Source: Alphaproteobacteria bacterium
GTDB lineage: Bacteria; Pseudomonadota; Alphaproteobacteria; UBA828
Direction: 5' to 3'
Length of the DNA stretch: 15,209 nucleotides
Assembly (NCBI GenBank): GCA_963667785.2
Contig: CAXXMU010000009.1
Span: 1 to 15,209 of the forward strand
The notes beneath the pieces were generated by a model. It saw only the letters and a list, made by a program, of their open reading frames with translations. It was not told the DNA's origin and made no database searches. The position numbers and the translations under genes are program-made. Below, in pieces: positions 9,664 to 15,209 of this stretch. Each line of letters opens with the position of its first letter. The first letter of the stretch is position 1.

Positions 9664-9829
9664 GATAGGCGCGCGCAAGCGCACCATGGTGCGGTGGCCG
9701 GATGCGGCAGCGATGACCCCAATGGCGCCGTTCGTGTTCCGACGGAAGGGAGTTGGAGTGGCGGCTTCGGCAAGCGTTCGGGGTCTTGATTGCCGGCGAT
9801 TGCGCGGGCACCGGGTTGAAGAACGGACC

Positions 9830-9892
9830 TGTGGAAAAACCATTTTTGCAAAACGAAGCCAATCTCTGCTAACCTATTGAATTATTTGCACA
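9830..9892. promoter_or_regulatory. AT-rich element with DnaA box, IHF-like site and second degenerate DnaA box
   Basis: TGTGGAAAA (9830-9838; reverse complement TTTTCCACA fits TTWTNCACA). TAACCTATTGAAT (9870-9882) is 1 mismatch from IHF YAANNNNTTGATW. ATTTGCACA (9884-9892) is 1 mismatch from the DnaA box. Confidence 0.5.
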
Positions 9893-9943
9893 CTTACTCA
9901 CTGCCGCCGGCTGCCGGTAGCGCCGGATTTCGCGCCCGCAACA

Positions 9944-9972
9944 TTGTGAATCGAGGCCGTTTGCGGTAGTCT
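9944..9972 (+). promoter_or_regulatory. Putative sigma70 promoter of the gyrA-coaD-queA-tgt operon
   Basis: TTGTGA (9944-9949), 17-nt spacer, TAGTCT (9967-9972); GAATC overlaps the -35 element. Confidence 0.55.
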
Positions 9973-10039
9973 CGGTCGCGTAAGGATCGAGTCGCGAAGC
10001 GCGGCCTAATTCCTTGTCTTCCAACAATCTTTCCGGTCA

Positions 10040-12775
10040 TTGGTGACACAGCCACCGCCCTCCGCGCCATCTCGCGAGCCGCCCGGCGGCGACGTGCCGG
10101 CAACGCCCCCCGTCGCCATCGAGGAGGAGATGAAACGCTCCTACCTCGACTACGCGATGAGCGTGATCGTGAGCCGCGCGCTGCCCGACGTGCGCGACGG
10201 GCTGAAGCCGGTGCATCGCCGCATCCTCTACTCGATGCACGAGAGCGGCTACGACTGGAACAAGCCCTACCGCAAGTCCGCCCGCGTGGTCGGCGACGTC
10301 ATGGGCAAGTATCACCCGCACGGCGACGCGGCGATCTACGACGCCATGGTGCGCATGGCGCAGGATTTTTCCATGCGCCTCCCGCTCCTCGACGGGCAGG
10401 GCAACTACGGCTCGATGGACGGCGACCCGCCGGCGGCCATGCGCTACACCGAGGTCCGCCTGGGAGAGCCGGCGCATGCGCTGCTCGCCGACATCGACAA
10501 GGAGACGGTCGACTTCCAGGCCAACTACGACGAATCGGCGCACGAGCCCGTGGTGCTGCCGGCGGCCTTCCCCAACCTGCTGGTCAACGGGGCGGGCGGC
10601 ATCGCGGTCGGCATGGCGACCAATATCCCGCCGCACAACCTGGGCGAGATCGTGGATGCAGCCTGCGCCTATCTCGACGATCCCGAGATCACGATCGACG
10701 CGCTGATGCAGCACGTGCCGGGGCCGGACTTCCCGACCGGCGCCCTGATCGTCGGCGCCGCCGGCATCCGCCAGGCCTATCACACGGGGCGGGGCTCCGT
10801 GGTCATGCGCGGCAAGACGACGATCGAGCAGGCCGGCAAGGACCGCGAGGCGATTATTGTCACCGAGATCCCCTACCAGGTGAACAAGGCGCGGATGATC
10901 GAGCGCATCGCGGGCCTGGTGAACGAGCGCCGCATCGAGGGGATCGCCGACCTCCGCGACGAATCGGACCGCGACGGCGTGCGCGTGGTCATCGAGCTGA
11001 AGCGGAGCGCGATGGCGGAGGTGGTGCTTAATCAGCTCTACCGCTACTCACCGCTGCAGACGAGTTTTGGGGTCAACATGCTGGCGCTGCGCGGCGGGCG
11101 GCCGGAGCTGCTGACGCTCAAGGACATCGTCGCGGCGTTCATCGGCTTCCGCGAGGAGGTCGTCACTCGGCGCACGACCCATCAGCTCGCCCAGGCGCGG
11201 ACGCGGGCGCACGCGCTCGCGGGGCTCGCCATCGCCGTCGCCAACATCGACGAGATCATCGCGCTGATCCGCAAGGCCAGGGACCCCGCCGAGGCGCGCG
11301 CAGGCCTCACCGGCCGGGACTGGCCAGTGATGGACGCGGGCTCGCTGATCGCGCTCATCGCCGATCCGCGCCAGAGGGTGAGCGACGCCGGCACCTGCCG
11401 GCTCACCGACGAGCAGGCGCGGGCGATCCTGGAGTTGCGCCTGCAGCGGCTCACCGCGATGGAGCGGGACAAGATCGCGGACGAGCTATCCGGGATCGTG
11501 GAGCAGATCAAGGACTACATCGACATCCTGCAGAACCGGGAGCGCCTGCGCGCCGTGCTGCGGGCGGAGCTGGTCGCGACGCGCGAGAAGTTCGCGGACG
11601 CGCGGCGCACCGTGCTGGGCGAAGCCGAGTTCGAGCACGACGTGGAAGACCTGATCCAGCGCGAGGAGATGGTGGTGACGCTGAGCCACCGCGGCTATGT
11701 GAAGCGCGTGCCGCTCTCGACCTACCGGGCGCAGAGGCGGGGCGGCAAGGGCCGCGCCGGCATGAGCACCCGCGACGAGGATTTCGTCTCGCAGGTGTTC
11801 GTCGTCAACACGCACACGCCCGTGCTGTTCTTCTCCACCGCCGGCAAGGTCTACAAGCTCAAGGTCTACCGCCTGCCCCAGGCAGCGCCCCAGGCGCGCG
11901 GCAAGGCGCTGGTCAACCTGCTGCCGCTGGCCGACGGCGAGACCGTCTCGACCATCCTGCCGATGCCGGAGGACGAGGACGAGTGGGAGAGCCTGCAGCT
12001 CATGTTCGCGACTGCCGCCGGCTCCGTGCGGCGCAACAGTGCGAGCGACTTCGTGAACGTGCCGTCGGCCGGCAAGATCGCCATGAAGCTCGGCGAGGAC
12101 GACCGCATTGTGGGCGTGCAGACCTGCTCGGACAGCGACGACGTGCTGCTCGCGGCGCGCGGCGGCAAGAGTACCCGCTTCGCTGCCGGCGACGTGCGCC
12201 TGTTCCGGGGGCGGAGCTCGTCCGGCGTGCGCGGGATGGATCTCGCCGAGGGCGACCGGGTGATCTCCATGAGCGTACTCGCCCACGGCGATCTCTCGCC
12301 TGAGGAGAGGGATGCCTACTTCCGGCGCAAGCGGGAAGGGGAAGCGGTCAAGCTCTCCGAGGAACGCCGCGCCGAACTTGCCGCGCAGGAGCAGTTCTTG
12401 CTCACGGTCCGCAGCGACGGCTTCGGCAAGCGCACGTCCACCCACGACTACCGCCTGACCCGGCGGGGCGGCAAGGGTATCATCAACATGGTCACCGGCG
12501 CCGGAAAGCAGGGAGAGAGCGAGGTGGTCGCCACCTTCCCAGTGGCGGAGCGGGACGAGATCATGCTGGTTACCGACGGCGGGCAGCTCATCCGTTGTGC
12601 GCTCGACGAGATCAGAACGATGGGGCGGGACACCCGCGGCGTGACCATCTTCCGCCTGCCGAAGGGCGAGCGGGTGGTCTCCGTGGCGCGGCTCGCCGAC
12701 GTGAACGGCAACGGCGCGGCGCCCGAGGCGACGGCCGAGGCCGCGGCAAACGCTGGAGCGGCACGGGATGGCTGA
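10040..12775 (+). CDS. gyrA: DNA gyrase subunit A
   Basis: [36 protein letters not shown], catalytic AAMRYTE, and GyrA-box QRRGGKG (which distinguishes it from ParC). Start is TTG 10040 or GTG 10043. Confidence 0.98.
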   Translation: MVTQPPPSAPSREPPGGDVPATPPVAIEEEMKRSYLDYAMSVIVSRALPDVRDGLKPVHRRILYSMHESGYDWNKPYRKSARVVGDVMGKYHPHGDAAIYDAMVRMAQDFSMRLPLLDGQGNYGSMDGDPPAAMRYTEVRLGEPAHALLADIDKETVDFQANYDESAHEPVVLPAAFPNLLVNGAGGIAVGMATNIPPHNLGEIVDAACAYLDDPEITIDALMQHVPGPDFPTGALIVGAAGIRQAYHTGRGSVVMRGKTTIEQAGKDREAIIVTEIPYQVNKARMIERIAGLVNERRIEGIADLRDESDRDGVRVVIELKRSAMAEVVLNQLYRYSPLQTSFGVNMLALRGGRPELLTLKDIVAAFIGFREEVVTRRTTHQLAQARTRAHALAGLAIAVANIDEIIALIRKARDPAEARAGLTGRDWPVMDAGSLIALIADPRQRVSDAGTCRLTDEQARAILELRLQRLTAMERDKIADELSGIVEQIKDYIDILQNRERLRAVLRAELVATREKFADARRTVLGEAEFEHDVEDLIQREEMVVTLSHRGYVKRVPLSTYRAQRRGGKGRAGMSTRDEDFVSQVFVVNTHTPVLFFSTAGKVYKLKVYRLPQAAPQARGKALVNLLPLADGETVSTILPMPEDEDEWESLQLMFATAAGSVRRNSASDFVNVPSAGKIAMKLGEDDRIVGVQTCSDSDDVLLAARGGKSTRFAAGDVRLFRGRSSSGVRGMDLAEGDRVISMSVLAHGDLSPEERDAYFRRKREGEAVKLSEERRAELAAQEQFLLTVRSDGFGKRTSTHDYRLTRRGGKGIINMVTGAGKQGESEVVATFPVAERDEIMLVTDGGQLIRCALDEIRTMGRDTRGVTIFRLPKGERVVSVARLADVNGNGAAPEATAEAAANAGAARDG

Positions 12776-13274
12776 GAGGGTGGGCCTCTATCCGGGGACG
12801 TTCGACCCCATCACCACGGGTCATCAGGACATCATCAGGCGCACGCTCAGGGTGGTGGACAGGCTGGTCGTGGCCGTCGCCGTCAACGCGGGCAAGACCC
12901 CGCTGTTCAGTGTCGAGGAGCGCGTGGCGCTCACCGCGCAGGACCTCGCCGCGCTCGGGCTTGAGCCGCCGCAGCTCGAGGTCCGCAGCTTCGACAATCT
13001 GCTCATGGAGTTCGTCCACGAGGTTGGCGCCACGGTCATCGTGCGCGGGCTGCGCGCCGTCTCCGACTTCGAGTACGAGTTCCAGATGGCGGGCATGAAC
13101 GCGCGGCTCGACCAGGACGTGGAGACCGTGTTCCTGATGGCGTCGGAGCGCCACCACTTCATCGCCTCGAAGCTGGTCAAGGAGATCGCCTCCCTCGGCG
13201 GCGATGTGTCGAGCTTCGTCTCGCCGCTCGTCGCCGAGCGCCTCGCCGAGCGGTTCGGGACGGCCGCCTCCTGA
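12768..13274 (+). CDS. coaD: Phosphopantetheine adenylyltransferase
   Basis: [33 protein letters not shown] and SKLVKEIA. Overlaps the gyrA stop by 8 nt (ATGGCTGA). Confidence 0.97.
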   Translation: MAERVGLYPGTFDPITTGHQDIIRRTLRVVDRLVVAVAVNAGKTPLFSVEERVALTAQDLAALGLEPPQLEVRSFDNLLMEFVHEVGATVIVRGLRAVSDFEYEFQMAGMNARLDQDVETVFLMASERHHFIASKLVKEIASLGGDVSSFVSPLVAERLAERFGTAAS

Positions 13275-13298
13275 GGCCGGCGGCGCCGGCGGCCATCG

Positions 13299-14327
13299 GT
13301 GCGGGTCGACGCCTTCGACTTCGACCTCCCGCGTGGGGCCATCGCGACGCGCCCCGTCCGCCCGCGCGATTCGGCGCGCCTGCTCGACCTCAGCGCGTGC
13401 CTCGCCCATCGCACGGTGGCCGACCTGCCGGCCGTGCTGAAGCCCGGCGACATGATGGTCTTCAACGACACGCAGGTGATCCCGGCGCGCCTTGCGGGCA
13501 CGCGGGGCAGGGCGCGGGTCGAGCTCACCCTGCACCGGCAGCGGACGGACGGATGCTGGCTGGCGTTCGCCAAGCCGGCGCGGCGGCTCCGGCCCGGCGA
13601 CGTGATCCGCTTCGCCGACGGCTTCTCGACCACGGTGGACGGCCGCGACGGGCCGGAGGTGAGCCTCGTCTTCGACCGCCAGGGCGCGGCGCTCGACGTG
13701 GCGCTTCAGCGCCACGGCGCCATGCCGCTGCCGCCCTACATGCGCCGCGCTGCCGATGAGCGCGACCGCGACGACTACCAGACCGTGTACGCGCGCCGGG
13801 CGGGCGCAGTCGCCGCGCCGACCGCCGGCCTCCATTTCACCGACCGCCTGCTGCGGGCGATCGACGCACGGGGCATCCGCCGGTGCTTCGTCACCCTGCA
13901 CGTGGGCGCCGGCACGTTCCTGCCCGTCTCGGCGGCGGATACGGCCGACCACCCGATGCACGCGGAGGACTGCGTGCTCACGCCCGATGCCGCCGCCGCC
14001 ATCAACGGCTGCCGCGCGGCCGGCGGGCGCATCGTCGCCGTCGGCACCACGGTCGTGCGCCTGCTGGAGAGCGCGGCTGCGGACGACGGCACCGTCGATG
14101 CGTTCTCCGGCGAGGTCGATCTCTTCATCGAGCCGGGCTACCGCTTCAAGGCGGTGGACCTGATGCTGACCAACTTCCACCTGCCGCGGTCCACGCTCTT
14201 CATGCTGGTCTGCGCCTTCGCCGGCACCGAGCGCATGAAGGCGGCCTACGCGGAGGCGCTGGCCGCAGGCTACCGCTTCTACTCCTACGGCGATGCCTGC
14301 CTGCTCGCGCGGGAGGACGCGGCGTGA
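13299..14327 (+). CDS. queA: S-adenosylmethionine:tRNA ribosyltransferase-isomerase
   Basis: [63 protein letters not shown] and YRFYSYGDA; GTG start. Confidence 0.97.
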   Translation: MRVDAFDFDLPRGAIATRPVRPRDSARLLDLSACLAHRTVADLPAVLKPGDMMVFNDTQVIPARLAGTRGRARVELTLHRQRTDGCWLAFAKPARRLRPGDVIRFADGFSTTVDGRDGPEVSLVFDRQGAALDVALQRHGAMPLPPYMRRAADERDRDDYQTVYARRAGAVAAPTAGLHFTDRLLRAIDARGIRRCFVTLHVGAGTFLPVSAADTADHPMHAEDCVLTPDAAAAINGCRAAGGRIVAVGTTVVRLLESAAADDGTVDAFSGEVDLFIEPGYRFKAVDLMLTNFHLPRSTLFMLVCAFAGTERMKAAYAEALAAGYRFYSYGDACLLAREDAA

Positions 14328-15209
14328 CGCTGGGCTTCACCGTGGAGGCCACGGACGGTGCCGCGAGGCTCGGCCGCCTGGAGACCGCCCACGGGGACGT
14401 GCAGACGCCCGTCTTCATGCCGGTCGGCACGCAGGGCGCGGTCAAGGGCCTCACGGTCGATGCCGTGCGTGCGAGCGGCGCCGAGATCGTGCTCGGCAAC
14501 ACCTATCACCTGATGGTCCGCCCCGGCGCCGAGCGCATCGCGCGGCTCGGCGGGCTGCACACGTTCATGAACTGGCCGGGGCCGATCCTCACCGATTCAG
14601 GCGGCTTCCAGGTGATGTCGCTCGCCGGGCTCCGCACCGTCCACGAGGACGGCGTTGTGTTCCGCGCGCATACCGACGGCTCCCGCCACCACCTGACGCC
14701 GGCGGGTGCGGTGGCGATCCAGCACGATCTCGACAGCGACATCACCATGGTGCTGGACGAGTGCACGCCCTACCCCGCGAGCGAGGCGGAGGCGGCGGAC
14801 GCAATGCGGCGCTCGATGCGCTGGGCCGCGCGCTGCAGGGAGGCGTTCGTGCCGAGGCCCGGCTACGGGCTTTTCGGCATCGTGCAGGGCGGCGTGTTTC
14901 CGGCGTTGCGGGCGGAGTCGGCGGCGGCGCTGACGGAGATCGGCTTCGACGGCTACGCCGTCGGCGGGCTCGCGGTGGGCGAGGGGCAGGCGCAGATGCT
15001 GGCCGTGCTCGACGGGCTGGAGGGCGCGCTCCCGGCGGAGCGACCGCGCTACCTCATGGGGGTGGGCACGCCGGACGACATCGTGCAGTCGGTGCGGCGC
15101 GGCATCGACATGTTCGACTGCGTGCTCCCCACCCGCTCCGGCCGCACGGCGCGCGCCTACACGGCAAACGGCACGCTCAACATGCGGAACGCCCGGCACG
15201 CCGAGGACC
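14324..15209 (+). CDS. tgt: tRNA-guanine(34) transglycosylase (partial, runs off right edge)
   Basis: GTG at 14324 overlaps the queA stop (GTGA), with SD GGAGG upstream. Manual translation gives [65 protein letters not shown] and [12 protein letters not shown]. Absent from the ORF track because there is no stop in the window. Confidence 0.97.
   Translation, partial: MTLGFTVEATDGAARLGRLETAHGDVQTPVFMPVGTQGAVKGLTVDAVRASGAEIVLGNTYHLMVRPGAERIARLGGLHTFMNWPGPILTDSGGFQVMSLAGLRTVHEDGVVFRAHTDGSRHHLTPAGAVAIQHDLDSDITMVLDECTPYPASEAEAADAMRRSMRWAARCREAFVPRPGYGLFGIVQGGVFPALRAESAAALTEIGFDGYAVGGLAVGEGQAQMLAVLDGLEGALPAERPRYLMGVGTPDDIVQSVRRGIDMFDCVLPTRSGRTARAYTANGTLNMRNARHAED

Noticed and set aside
9830-9900. 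Calling this the chromosomal origin (oriC)
   Set aside because: Only one perfect and one degenerate DnaA box, none of the usual origin-flanking genes in view, and the strand switch is explained by the conserved uvrA/ssb divergence. GC skew cannot be judged from this window.
9634-10103. Small ORFs in the ssb-gyrA gap (9686..9880 +, 9634..9843 -, 9894..10103 -)
   Set aside because: No recognisable motifs, poor codon bias, and they overlap regulatory elements.
10040-12775. Possible intein in GyrA, or identity as ParC
   Set aside because: The sequence after the catalytic Tyr (RYTEVRL) is contiguous, the length is normal and the GyrA-box is present.
13299-15209. queA-tgt as a DNA 7-deazaguanine (dpd) modification system
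   Set aside because: Tgt has canonical bacterial tRNA-type motifs (DECTPY, GGLAVGE) in the ordinary gyrA-coaD-queA-tgt context; no dpd genes seen.

Overview
Very GC-rich chromosomal window from what is most likely an alphaproteobacterium (inferred from protein signatures and gene order). The right two-thirds is a conserved housekeeping block: trmFO(-), uvrA(-) | ssb(+), gyrA, coaD, queA, tgt(+; runs off the right edge). The left third is more variable. It holds an adenosine/adenine-deaminase-family gene (-; runs off the left edge, absent from the ORF track) whose catalytic HxxE motif reads HCDV. Divergent from it are an unannotated 30-aa membrane peptide ORF and a cytochrome-c-less PuuD/Urate_ox_N-type membrane protein. 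Next come an hpnE with an out-of-frame conserved C-terminal motif, a divergent NDUFAF6-like squalene/phytoene-synthase-fold gene, and a staphylococcal-nuclease-like gene with a C-terminal anchor. The most notable non-coding signals are a DnaA box-IHF site-DnaA box module upstream of gyrA, and a 15-bp GANTC-containing motif shared by the uvrA and gyrA promoters where an alphaproteobacterial LexA box would normally be expected at uvrA/ssb. I saw no rRNA, tRNA, CRISPR array, transposase or integrase. All family assignments come from motif recognition by eye; no searches were run.
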